Assembly: GCA_046314385.1 (NCBI GenBank)
Contig: JBKBWZ010000001.1
Coordinates: forward strand, 7,955-71,954
Length of the DNA: 64,000 nt
Direction: 5' to 3'
Origin: Alphaproteobacteria bacterium
Lineage (GTDB): Bacteria; Pseudomonadota; Alphaproteobacteria; Micavibrionales; UBA2020
The translations under genes and the position numbers were made by a program. Below, piece after piece: positions 35,283 to 44,568 of this stretch. How positions within the stretch are numbered: position 1 is the first letter of the stretch; every line of letters begins with the position of its first letter. The notes beneath the pieces are model-generated. The model searched no databases, had not been told where the DNA came from, and saw only the letters and a program-made list of their open reading frames with translations.

Positions 35283-37831
35283 TGTTCTGGTGATACAAGG
35301 CCAAGCGCGCGCTGCGTCTCGTCGTCGAGGGTGCCTGTCGGCGGCAAGCCTTCGCGCCGCTGGAAGCTGCGCAGCGCTTCGTGCGTCGCCTCGTTCATGA
35401 TGCCGCCGCCGTGCACGCCTTCCAGCAGTTTTTCGGCAATCAGTTTCTCCTGCGCTGCGCGGATCATTTCATCGCGGGCTTTGTCGAAAACCACGATGGG
35501 GGCCATCTTGTCGATATTCCGTGGCGTCAGCGTGGGGCTTGCACCCGCGGCCGCCAGCAGCGATTTGCCGGCACTGTAAATGATCGGCTGCGCACGCATC
35601 GTCCAGTCGATCACAATTGATGTTGCCGGTGCGCGTTCAAATGATTTGTGCAGAAAAGCCTGATAGCTTTCGCTCTGCGCGGTGCGGCTGCCTGCAACAT
35701 AGGGGAAACCTGCAATAACCACGATCACGGCTGCCCATGCCGCCACAAGACGCAAGGGCGAAGGCCGCGCATCGGGATAAAAATACCGCCAGCCCAGACG
35801 TACGCCGGTAATCAGGCAGCGCGCGGCTGTCAGCATGACCAGAAACAGTGAAATGAACAGTGCGATGCTGGGGATATAAATAAAGCGCACGGCTTCTTTC
35901 CCGGCGGCTTCACGGCTTTCGCCATTGGCAAATTTGCGGCCTTCCAGTTCGGTTTCGCGTACATAGGCGGCGGCGCGGCGCTTGATGTCAGGCACCAGAA
36001 CATTTGCGACAAATTCTTCGCGCGTCAGGCTCAGGCTGAACCCGGGATAATACATGTCACCCAGATAATTGCGCAACTGGCGCTGGACAACGTTGGTTTG
36101 CACAAATTCGTCAAGCTGCATACCGGGGCGCATGCCGGATATACCGATAGAGGTGACTGGGCTTGGCTCTTCGCCACGTTTCAGACCCATCGTCCATTCA
36201 ACGCCGGCGCGCGCCATGATGCCGCGTGCCAGTGCGTCTTCCAGTGTGGCGACGTCGTCAATACGCCAGTCCTCGGGGAGCATAAAGGTCATCAGCTTTT
36301 TTTCGCGCCGCATCACATCAAGCAGTTTTTTGCGGACTTCTTTATGCAAGACGGGGGAATTTGCAAAATCTTCGCGCGTGCGTATATCGGCGCTGAATCC
36401 AGTATGTCTGTGGATATCGCGTGTGCAGAAAGGCATCAGACGTTCGGTGACGCGCTGGATGCTTTCCGGGCGGCAGGCAAAAGTTTCCCGCTGCGCAATT
36501 TCGCGCAGGTTATTGTCCATCATATGTGCACTGACAACGTCAGCTGGCTCAAGGCCGCTGCTTTCACACCAATAATCAAAAGGGACATTGTAGTCGATCA
36601 TATCGCGGATCATACGCCGGTAATTAATGGCTGTGCGTGTACGGCAGGTTTCATCGCCGCAGGCGATAAAGCTTCTGTTGTAAGTCAGAAGATTTCTATA
36701 CAAAATTGAGGCATTTTTACCTGCAAAAGCTCGGCAAGTGCCCAGCGCATCACGCATTTTGAGCCAGCCGTTATCGATGGCCGCGCGGGCGATGCGCAGC
36801 GCGTTATCCCTTGCCTCGTGCAAAAACGGCTCGGAAAGCGCATCGCCATAACGGTTTGAAGCGATTTCGTAAGGTTTAAAAACCTGTTCGCGGAATTCGT
36901 TGGCAATATCCTGATATTCGGCATAGCGCGCATCGATATTCTGGATGTCGCTGCGCATGACAACCAGCTGCACGATGTCGGTTTCTTTTTCGCGGATCAT
37001 TTCCTTGGCTTCTTCGGGGAACTGCATAAAAAGACTGCCCATCAAAACCAGAAAAGTACGCAGCGCCGGATCATCGTCTTGGTCAAATCGCAAATCGCGC
37101 AGCGCCAGAATGCCGTGACCAAAGCCGGTGCGCATCATCTGCATGTAGCGCGCATCTAGACGCGTTTCCCAGCTGGTCGGGTGAATCATAAACCGCTCGA
37201 TGATAATCTTCTGGCCAAAAAACATGGCCGGCCAGCTGATCATCAGAATACCCGCAACAACAACGGCACGGTGCAGCTGGTGGTAATGCGCCAGCAGCAC
37301 CGTCAAAATGCCGAAAAGCGGCAGGATGATCCACAGCATCGAGGCATCGGGCGGCGGGAAATCAATCTGGATATCCGCGCCCGCGCCGGTGATCAGCTGT
37401 GTAAAAGTAACGCCGGACGGATCAAGCCCGCCATCTACGGGCGACAGGGGCGAGAGCAAAAACAGCAGCGGGCAAAGAACCGCCAGCAAGCCAAAAACAA
37501 TCTGGTCAGACAGGCGCGACATACGAAAGCGGTCGCGGGCAAAAAAGCCGGCCACCAGCAACGACAGCCCGACGCCGGATACCGCGCGCCCCAGATATTC
37601 GACATCGCGCAGGTCGTCGGCGGTCGCGGTAATATCGCTGGCGGTATCCAAAAGCCGCGCGTTGAAGATGAATTCGGCCAGAATATATAAAAGCCCGCAA
37701 ACGAGCAGTGCCATATCAAGCCGGATGCCCGCGCCCGGCGAGGGCGTGGCGGCAGGGGCGGTTTTAGGCTGTGGCGCGTTATCGGACACGAAAACCTCGG
37801 CAGGCGGCAGGATAGGCAGGGCGCAAGGCAC
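35279..37831 (-). CDS. large polytopic membrane protein with C-terminal peptidoglycan-binding (PG_binding_1-like) domain
   Basis: 850 aa. TM clusters lie at the N-terminus and near residue 640. The C-terminal LRSFQRREGLPPTGTLDDETQRALG is PGB-domain-like. It overlaps the flavoprotein gene by 4 nt. Confidence 0.7.
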   Translation of the reverse strand: MPCALPILPPAEVFVSDNAPQPKTAPAATPSPGAGIRLDMALLVCGLLYILAEFIFNARLLDTASDITATADDLRDVEYLGRAVSGVGLSLLVAGFFARDRFRMSRLSDQIVFGLLAVLCPLLFLLSPLSPVDGGLDPSGVTFTQLITGAGADIQIDFPPPDASMLWIILPLFGILTVLLAHYHQLHRAVVVAGILMISWPAMFFGQKIIIERFMIHPTSWETRLDARYMQMMRTGFGHGILALRDLRFDQDDDPALRTFLVLMGSLFMQFPEEAKEMIREKETDIVQLVVMRSDIQNIDARYAEYQDIANEFREQVFKPYEIASNRYGDALSEPFLHEARDNALRIARAAIDNGWLKMRDALGTCRAFAGKNASILYRNLLTYNRSFIACGDETCRTRTAINYRRMIRDMIDYNVPFDYWCESSGLEPADVVSAHMMDNNLREIAQRETFACRPESIQRVTERLMPFCTRDIHRHTGFSADIRTREDFANSPVLHKEVRKKLLDVMRREKKLMTFMLPEDWRIDDVATLEDALARGIMARAGVEWTMGLKRGEEPSPVTSIGISGMRPGMQLDEFVQTNVVQRQLRNYLGDMYYPGFSLSLTREEFVANVLVPDIKRRAAAYVRETELEGRKFANGESREAAGKEAVRFIYIPSIALFISLFLVMLTAARCLITGVRLGWRYFYPDARPSPLRLVAAWAAVIVVIAGFPYVAGSRTAQSESYQAFLHKSFERAPATSIVIDWTMRAQPIIYSAGKSLLAAAGASPTLTPRNIDKMAPIVVFDKARDEMIRAAQEKLIAEKLLEGVHGGGIMNEATHEALRSFQRREGLPPTGTLDDETQRALGLVSPEQ

Positions 37832-37960
37832 GACCTTGAACGTCTAATATTGAAATATAAAGGAAAAAGATCAACATAGTCTTAATCCGGCAGCCTGCGG
37901 CGCGGATAATATCATTATATTCCAGAGGGTTGTCAGCGGGCGTGGCGCGGGCGTGACGGA

Positions 37961-38200
37961 TTATTCCGAAAAACTGACGCTGACGCCGCGCTTTTTGAAA
38001 TAGGACTGCATCATTTTGCGGCCCTGACGGTTGTTTTGCACCAGCCGTGCAGGGTCAACGGTCACTTCTTTTTGGCCGGCACTGCCAAGGGCGATTTTGA
38101 GATCGGCAATCAGCCCGTCGATATTTTCATTGTCGTTATAGAGAGAGGCATAGATATCCTCGAGAATATCGGCAACGGGGCGTGCGGTCATGGCGGTCAT
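37961..38200 (-). CDS. hypothetical small protein
   Basis: 79-aa ORF in an otherwise empty interval. No motif recognised. Confidence 0.4.
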   Translation of the reverse strand: MTAMTARPVADILEDIYASLYNDNENIDGLIADLKIALGSAGQKEVTVDPARLVQNNRQGRKMMQSYFKKRGVSVSFSE

Positions 38201-38274
38201 CTCCTCGGCGCGCGGCGGCGCAGGTTGAATAAGGCCGTATCTTATAAACCCGCGCGCGGGGAGTCAACCGAGGC

Positions 38275-39030
38275 TTAGGGTGCCGGCGCGGAGAGGCGTT
38301 TGAGAGTTTGCGGTAGGTCGCGCATATCGTCGATGACGGTATGGGCACCGGCGTCCAGCAGCGCCTGTTTCAGTGCAGCGGCTTCGGCGCGTTCGGCAAG
38401 GCCGGTGAAGCCGACACGGATACCGATGCCGGCAGAGACGGCAGCACGCATACCGGTCACACTGTCTTCGACCGCAGCGGCTTCGGCGGGGGCGATGCCG
38501 GTTTTTTCTGCAGCAAGCAGATAGATGGCAGGGTCTTCCTTCAGCTTTCCGGCAACGTCTTCAAAGGCGCTGAAGAGGCGCGGTGCAGGGATGCGCTCTC
38601 TGTACCCATGTTTGTCGAGAAGGGGTTCAATGCGCATGCGCGGGCTGTTGCTGACAATGGCCACGCCCAGCTGCATATCGTCTTGCAAAGTAGCCAATAC
38701 TTCGCCGATGCCGGGGGTGAGCGCGGCATTCACAATCGCCTGTTTTGTTTCAGGGCGCAGTTTGTTGATGCGCAGGTCTTCGATATCGAGCGTGATTTTT
38801 GCATCCTGCGGCAGACCGGCATTGATGACGTCCTGAAACTGCTGCGCAATTTGGCCAAAATCTTTGCCGCGCATATCCAGCTTGCCGATTTCATCGGTCA
38901 TGGGTTTGCCAAAGGCTTCATTGGCGAAGTTTGACAGCACGCGGCGCGTGACTTCGATGCTCACGGCTTCGGTATGGGCGATGGTACCATCCCAGTCGAA
39001 AAAAACTTCTTTCAGTTTTGGCGTCGTCAT
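38275..39030 (-). CDS. HAD-superfamily hydrolase (beta-phosphoglucomutase-like subfamily)
   Basis: Motif I is FFDWDGTIAHTE, motif II is VSNSP and motif IV is VEDSVTG. Confidence 0.85.
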   Translation of the reverse strand: MTTPKLKEVFFDWDGTIAHTEAVSIEVTRRVLSNFANEAFGKPMTDEIGKLDMRGKDFGQIAQQFQDVINAGLPQDAKITLDIEDLRINKLRPETKQAIVNAALTPGIGEVLATLQDDMQLGVAIVSNSPRMRIEPLLDKHGYRERIPAPRLFSAFEDVAGKLKEDPAIYLLAAEKTGIAPAEAAAVEDSVTGMRAAVSAGIGIRVGFTGLAERAEAAALKQALLDAGAHTVIDDMRDLPQTLKRLSAPAP

Positions 39031-39761
39031 GCGGTTGTCCCCGTTTTGGCGGTGATAAAGGTTTCGATGGCGGCGGTAACGTTATCGGCGTCTTCCATAT
39101 GCGCAATATGTCCTGCGCCCTTGATACTGACGAGCGTTGATTGCGGCAGCAGGCTGTGCATTTCGTTTTGCAGGTCAGGCGGGATCAGAGCGTCTTCATC
39201 GCCGCTGATGACAAGTGCGGGTATCTGGAGATTCTGCAGGAAATCAAGGCTGTCCGGCCGGTTGGCGCAGGCTTTTTGATGACGGGCAAATCCGTCATAA
39301 CCGACGCGCAGCGAAATATCGCGCAGACGCGCAATCAGGTCTTTGTCGCTCTGCGCGCGCTGCCCCAGAAAAGCGTGGTAATGGGTGTCGTCCTGCCGTG
39401 CCGCGTGCCATTTGTCGGGACCGGCAGCGATGTCGATCATGCGCTGGCGTTTGCGCTCCGGCGTATCGGCGCGGGCGGTGGTGCAGCAGAAAATCGCTTT
39501 TTTGATGCGCGGGTTTGCGCTGGCGATATCTTTTTTAAGTGCGTCCAGCGCAACATAGCCGCCCATGGAAGTGCCGCAAAGGATCACATCGCCGGCCGCT
39601 GCACCCAGCACGCGGTCCGACATCGCGGATATATCATCCAGATCCGAAAGATCGACGGTCACAGCGGCATGGTTTTGCAGCAGCGCCGCTTTTTGCGCAT
39701 CCCATACCGTGTCGTCGGAAGACGCGCCGGGAATAAAGATGACAGTCGGCGCAGGGCTCAC
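39027..39761 (-). CDS. alpha/beta hydrolase
   Basis: 244 aa with GTSMGG nucleophile elbow and C-terminal GAGH. It has 4-nt overlaps with both neighbours. Confidence 0.85.
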   Translation of the reverse strand: MSPAPTVIFIPGASSDDTVWDAQKAALLQNHAAVTVDLSDLDDISAMSDRVLGAAAGDVILCGTSMGGYVALDALKKDIASANPRIKKAIFCCTTARADTPERKRQRMIDIAAGPDKWHAARQDDTHYHAFLGQRAQSDKDLIARLRDISLRVGYDGFARHQKACANRPDSLDFLQNLQIPALVISGDEDALIPPDLQNEMHSLLPQSTLVSIKGAGHIAHMEDADNVTAAIETFITAKTGTTA

Positions 39762-40966
39762 GGCTTGGGTCCTTTGCTCACCTGTTTAGGGGCGGGCGCA
39801 GCCGCTTGCGGCGCGTTGTCCTGCACGATGTGGCGCTGCATATCTTTTTGCGGATCGGCAGGGACACTGGCACGCAAGGGGGCAGGTGCCTGCGCCGCGG
39901 TTTTGATCCAGCTGCAAACTTCGTCAATCCGTTTTTCGGTGACGAGTTCAGGGTAATGTCCGACGCCTTCATACAGCATCAACGACATATCAGGACGGCT
40001 TTGCAGCATTTTCTGGACGATTTCCGGCGTAGCGGTATTGGATTTTTCACCGGCCAGCAGCAAAACCGGTGCGGGCAATTTGGCAAAAGCATCCCATTTA
40101 TCGTAGGGCTTCAGGTATTCATCGGCATAGCCGTACATTGAATTCGGGTCATAAGCCCAGCCATAGCCCTCGCGTGTGAAATGCGCAAAACCGTGGTTAA
40201 AATCATGCACGATAAAATCCGGATCAACGGGCGCGCCATGTCCGGCAAGGAAATTGCCGAGCTTTTTTACAGCCTCGTCCACGGTGGGAGAGGCGGGGCG
40301 TTCGCGGTTGCGCCAGGCACGGCGCAGCTTGGGCCCTGCCGGTGTTTCGGGCGGCATATCGCCAATAACCGTGCCCGCCCACTGCGGATGGGCAAAGCCC
40401 TGGTCGACCATTTCGTAAATCACTTTTGACCCGTGCGAATGGCCGATCATGTGAAAAGCGTTTTGTGGTTTCACGTGGTCGATCAGTGCGGCCACAATCG
40501 CGGCATAGGTTTCCAGTGTATAATCGCCGGGCATGCGCAGGTTACCGCTATGCCCTTTGCCGGGATAATCGAGCGCGATGACGTTGAAATTTTCCGCAGC
40601 GCCTTCGGCAAAAAAATCAAACCGCCGCGCGCTGTTATAAATACCGCCAAGGCAGATGATGGTCTCTGCTGTTTCGGGGTTGTTGCGTGCTGTCCAGACG
40701 TTGTAGGAAATCGGCACTTGCTGGGTTTTGACCAGATTGGCATCGTCGTGCAGGCCTTCGGGCAGATAGGCCTTCATGCGGTCTTCGTGATGGGTATAGG
40801 TGAATTCGTGGCGCGTGAATTGCGGCAGAAACCGTGCATCCAGTGCAAGGGCGCGCGCAGCGATTTCTTTTTCCTGCGCGTTAAAAGCAGCTTCGACCGC
40901 CGCCGATATATTGCCGAAAACCGAAATATCCCTGTTTTGTGCCATGGACCGCTCTCTTGCTAACAA
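39758..40966 (-). CDS. alpha/beta hydrolase with low-complexity C-terminal tail
   Basis: 402 aa with GHSHGS nucleophile elbow, GKGHS and C-terminal GVGH. The tail is Ala/Pro-rich. Confidence 0.8.
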   Translation of the reverse strand: MLARERSMAQNRDISVFGNISAAVEAAFNAQEKEIAARALALDARFLPQFTRHEFTYTHHEDRMKAYLPEGLHDDANLVKTQQVPISYNVWTARNNPETAETIICLGGIYNSARRFDFFAEGAAENFNVIALDYPGKGHSGNLRMPGDYTLETYAAIVAALIDHVKPQNAFHMIGHSHGSKVIYEMVDQGFAHPQWAGTVIGDMPPETPAGPKLRRAWRNRERPASPTVDEAVKKLGNFLAGHGAPVDPDFIVHDFNHGFAHFTREGYGWAYDPNSMYGYADEYLKPYDKWDAFAKLPAPVLLLAGEKSNTATPEIVQKMLQSRPDMSLMLYEGVGHYPELVTEKRIDEVCSWIKTAAQAPAPLRASVPADPQKDMQRHIVQDNAPQAAAPAPKQVSKGPKP

Positions 40967-41127
40967 TGAAACCTGTCTTTGAGTGTTTCTAGTTGCCAGA
41001 AAATTAACATATTGGCAACGATATGTCTAACATTTTATGAAAAACAATAGCCGTTTTTGGCAATTTTATGAGGGGTTTATGTGTTGCGGCGCACAAAAAA
41101 TCTGCTTTTGGCCGCCAATTTGTCTGC

Positions 41128-41664
41128 TTATTTCGCCGGTTCGGCGTCGTGCAGGCGATAAAACGTATTGTAATCATCGTCACGAGGCACCAGCTCCAGC
41201 CGTCCGCGCAGCGTCACCGCGTCATAGGAAAAGGCGAGGGGTTTTTTGACGCGCGTTTCGATGATCAGGTTATTCGACACGTGATAATGATAGGGACAGG
41301 TCAGCGGAAAGGGGCCCAGCAAAAAAACAGACTGCTCTTCGTTTTGGTCCATCGGAAACATAAATCCGCGCACAAGGATATTCTGGCCGTCAAGTTTTTT
41401 GAGATCGTCCTGAAATTCCGGACGCACACCGATGCGGTCATAACCGCTTTTGCCTTTTTCGGTATATTCGATTTGCTTGGTGCGGCCAAAAACCTGCCAG
41501 TCGGTGCCGCCTTCGGGTGTGGCCACGAAATCGGGCACATTCGATAAAATAAATTCATCGGTATAGGTTTGCGTGAAGGTTTCTATTTTTTCAAAAGCCG
41601 TGGCCACCTTTTGCGGGGTGGCAAAAAGCACAATCACGATAAAGGCAAAACGAAGCAGACGCAT
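41128..41664 (-). CDS. exported DUF3299-like protein
   Basis: 178 aa with a signal peptide (MRLLRFAFIVIVLFA). It sits 3 nt downstream of the FtsX-type permease. The family call is from memory of the DUF3299 context and is not verified. Confidence 0.6.
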   Translation of the reverse strand: MRLLRFAFIVIVLFATPQKVATAFEKIETFTQTYTDEFILSNVPDFVATPEGGTDWQVFGRTKQIEYTEKGKSGYDRIGVRPEFQDDLKKLDGQNILVRGFMFPMDQNEEQSVFLLGPFPLTCPYHYHVSNNLIIETRVKKPLAFSYDAVTLRGRLELVPRDDDYNTFYRLHDAEPAK

Positions 41665-41667
41665 AGA

Positions 41668-42924
41668 CTACCTCTGGCTTAAAAGCTGCGCGGGGTTGGC
41701 GCGCGCCGCGCGCAGCGCGGGCAGCACACTGGCAGCAAGTCCCGCAACCAGCACCGTCAGTGCCAGCCAGAGCCAGTGAATATCGGCTTGCAGCCCGCCA
41801 GCGCCGAGCGCGGGTATGACCGGCGCCAGCAGCACAAAGCCCGCCGCGCCCATAACAAAACCAAGCACCAGACCGCCTGCCGTCAAGGCCAGACCTTCCA
41901 TGAGCAAAAGCCCGAACAGGCGGCGGCGGCCATAGCCCAGCGCGCGCAGAACGGCAAGATCGCCGCTGCGGCTGTCCAGACTGCCCGCGATACCGGCAAA
42001 GATACTGAGCGCGGCCATACCGATCAGAAAGGCGGCAATATAACCCATGCTGCGCGCCCCCAGGCCGAAAACCGCGTTTAGCCGCGCCATTTCAAGCGCG
42101 GGGTTTGCGGCTTGCAGCATGCTGTCGCGGTTGATGCTGCGCGGCAGGTTGATATTGGCAAGCGGGCTACGGGTTTTGACCAGCAGTGCGGTTATTTCCG
42201 CAGGTTGCTTTGCAGGTTTTGAATGATCGTGATTGTGTTTATGGCTGTGATCATGATGGTCATGGTCATGGTCGTGATCGTGATCGTGATCGTGATGTTC
42301 TTCATGTTTGTGGGCTGTTTCCTGTCCATGCAGGGCCAGAACCGAATTGACCGATGTCAGGATCAAACGGTCGATCACGCTGCCCGTCGGGGCCAGAACG
42401 CCGACAACCTGATACGGCTGGTGATCGTGGCTGTGCCCGTCTGCGCCCAACCCGTGTGCGCCGGAAAATGTCTGCCCAAGGGCAAGGCCTGTGGCTGCGC
42501 CGGCGACAGCTTCGAATTCAGCTTCCCACAGACGGCCCTGCGCGAGCTTTGCCGCGTAATGCGCGGCATAATCGGCGGTGGTGCCGACAATCCGAAACCC
42601 TTTCCAGTTATCGCCAAGCGCCAGCGGGATGGCCTGCCTGACCTGCGGATGATGCATCCATTTTTCGGCTTCGCTATAGGGGATATTGCCGGTCGGGATA
42701 TCGGCATGATAAAGGGCAGATAACACCAGCTGCAGCGGGCTGCCCTTGGCGCCGATCACAATATCGATACCCACACCATCGCGCTGGATGCGTTTTTCCG
42801 CCGCGGCGGCGAATTGCAAGACAACCAGCGCCATCATGACACCAAAGGCGGTCAACAAAACCGACAGCAGGCTGACAATTTTGCGCGACAGCAGGCTATG
42901 CAGGGCAAGGGACAGGTCATTCAT
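41668..42924 (-). CDS. ABC transporter permease (FtsX/MacB-type) with His/Asp-rich periplasmic insert
   Basis: 418 aa. It has an N-terminal TM helix, a large extracytoplasmic domain and three C-terminal TM helices. The insert reads HKHEEHHDHDHDHDHDHDHHDHSHKHNHDHS. Confidence 0.85.
   Translation of the reverse strand: MNDLSLALHSLLSRKIVSLLSVLLTAFGVMMALVVLQFAAAAEKRIQRDGVGIDIVIGAKGSPLQLVLSALYHADIPTGNIPYSEAEKWMHHPQVRQAIPLALGDNWKGFRIVGTTADYAAHYAAKLAQGRLWEAEFEAVAGAATGLALGQTFSGAHGLGADGHSHDHQPYQVVGVLAPTGSVIDRLILTSVNSVLALHGQETAHKHEEHHDHDHDHDHDHDHHDHSHKHNHDHSKPAKQPAEITALLVKTRSPLANINLPRSINRDSMLQAANPALEMARLNAVFGLGARSMGYIAAFLIGMAALSIFAGIAGSLDSRSGDLAVLRALGYGRRRLFGLLLMEGLALTAGGLVLGFVMGAAGFVLLAPVIPALGAGGLQADIHWLWLALTVLVAGLAASVLPALRAARANPAQLLSQR
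42247..42300. repeat. in-frame hexanucleotide microsatellite encoding the His-Asp run
   Basis: (GTCATG)x2 is followed by (GTGATC)x3 GTGATG on the plus strand. It codes for the (HD)n tract of the permease. Confidence 0.8.
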
Positions 42925-43547
42925 GGCGCAAGCTCCAGCACGGTGTCAAACAGCGGTTTGATCCGCGCATCATGCGTGGCGACAACCAGTGCCGCGCCGG
43001 CCGTTTTGGTTTCATCCAGCAGCAGGCGCGCGACGTTATCCGCCTGCACATCGTCCAGCGCCGATGTGGGTTCGTCCGCCAGCACAACTGCGGGGCGGTT
43101 CATGAGCGCGCGGGCAATCGCGGCGCGCTGCGCTTCGCCGTGGCTCAGATTGCGCGCGGCGCTGCGGCGTTTATCGGCAATGCCCAGCCGGTCCGTCAGA
43201 CTATGCATATAGGTTTTGTCCGGACGGTCGGCGGCAAGGCAGATGTTCTGCTCCACGGTCAGATGGCCGATCAGATGCAGTTTTTGAAAAACGATGCCGA
43301 AATGATTGCGCCGCAGGGCGTCAAGGGCCTGGCCGGAGAGCGTGCCGTAAGCTTGCCCGTTCAGGCTGACCTGTCCATGATCCGCGCGCAAAAGCCCTGC
43401 CATCAGGTTGAGCAGCGTTGTCTTGCCGCAGCCCGATGGCCCCAGCAGCAGCAAACGCGCCCCCGCCGCCACGGAAAGGGCAGGGATACGTAAAATTTCG
43501 CGCCCGCCGGCGCGCTGGCGAATATCCGTCAGCTCAAGAGTTGTCAT
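42921..43547 (-). CDS. ABC transporter ATP-binding protein
   Basis: Walker A is GPSGCGKTT, the signature is LSHGEAQR and Walker B is VVLADEPTSALD. It overlaps the permease gene by 4 nt. Confidence 0.9.
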   Translation of the reverse strand: MTTLELTDIRQRAGGREILRIPALSVAAGARLLLLGPSGCGKTTLLNLMAGLLRADHGQVSLNGQAYGTLSGQALDALRRNHFGIVFQKLHLIGHLTVEQNICLAADRPDKTYMHSLTDRLGIADKRRSAARNLSHGEAQRAAIARALMNRPAVVLADEPTSALDDVQADNVARLLLDETKTAGAALVVATHDARIKPLFDTVLELAP

Positions 43548-43582
43548 CTGTCAAAACCTTCGTGTTTCGGGCAGGTTCAAAT

Positions 43583-43597
43583 TGTTACAATATAACA
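43583..43597. promoter_or_regulatory. candidate Zur box TGTTACAATATAACA
   Basis: It has palindromic arms TGTTA/TAACA. There is one mismatch to the core TGTTATAATATAACA of the proteobacterial Zur operator as I remember it. It lies 36-50 nt upstream of the ABC ATPase start. Confidence 0.5.
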
Positions 43598-43620
43598 CCC
43601 ATGCCGACAAGAGGTTCCCG

Positions 43621-44568
43621 TTAAAGCCCGATACTGCCCGCCGCGGCGCGCAAAACATGGGCACTTTCTGTCAAGGATTGCTTTTCGGCGGCGGCAAGCG
43701 GCGGCAAGAGTGTATGTCCAATACCGGCGCGTGATACCGTGCGCGGCAGGGAGAGGGTGACGTTTTTGACGCCACCGACATCGGGCGTCAGCATGCTGCA
43801 GGTGATGATGGCGTGTTCGTCATCTGTAATGGCCTGCGCCAGCCGTGCCATACCGGCACCGATGCCGAACCATGTCGCTCCCTTACCTGCAATGATCCGC
43901 GCCGCGGCGCGGCGGACGCCGTCGTCAATCTGCACGCGGATATCTTCTGTGACGGGCGCGGCCAGCTGTGCGGCGCAATCCGCAAGCGGCATATTCCCGA
44001 CGCTGACGCCCGACCAGTGCAGGACTTCTGAATCCCCGTGTTCGCCCAGCACATAAGCATGTACCGAATGGCTGGAGACCCCCAGATGCGCCGCCAGCAG
44101 CGCGCGAAACCGTGCCGTGTCCAGAATGGTGCCGGAGCCGATGATACGCGCAGGCATAATGCCGTGGCTGCGTACGGCGATATGCGTGACCATATGCGTC
44201 ATCACATCGACGGGGTTACTGGCGATCAGCAAAACAGCTTCCGGCGCGGCATCCAGAATACGCGGCACGATGTCTTCAAAAACCTCGGCGTTACGTTTTA
44301 AAAGATCAAGCCTGCTTTCGCCCGGTTGCTGCGCCACACCTGCGGCGATCATTACAATACCTGCTCCCTCCAACGTGGCATAGTCGCCGCCGCCACTGAC
44401 GGGGATGGGTGCGGCGAAAGGTGTGGCATGCAAGATATCTTCGGCCTGCGCGCGTGCAAGATCGGCATTTTTATCGACCAGTACAAGCTGTGACCCGACG
44501 CCGCGCAGAACGCAGGCATAGCCGCTGGCTGCGCCGACCTGCCCTGCGCCGATAATGCCGATTTTCAT
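43621..44568 (-). CDS. ldh: L-lactate dehydrogenase
   Basis: 315 aa. The N-terminal motif is KIGIIGAGQVGAA. The substrate-loop GVAQQPGESRLDLL has Gln (LDH-type) rather than Arg (MDH-type). The catalytic-His block is GEHGDS. Confidence 0.8.
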   Translation of the reverse strand: MKIGIIGAGQVGAASGYACVLRGVGSQLVLVDKNADLARAQAEDILHATPFAAPIPVSGGGDYATLEGAGIVMIAAGVAQQPGESRLDLLKRNAEVFEDIVPRILDAAPEAVLLIASNPVDVMTHMVTHIAVRSHGIMPARIIGSGTILDTARFRALLAAHLGVSSHSVHAYVLGEHGDSEVLHWSGVSVGNMPLADCAAQLAAPVTEDIRVQIDDGVRRAAARIIAGKGATWFGIGAGMARLAQAITDDEHAIITCSMLTPDVGGVKNVTLSLPRTVSRAGIGHTLLPPLAAAEKQSLTESAHVLRAAAGSIGL

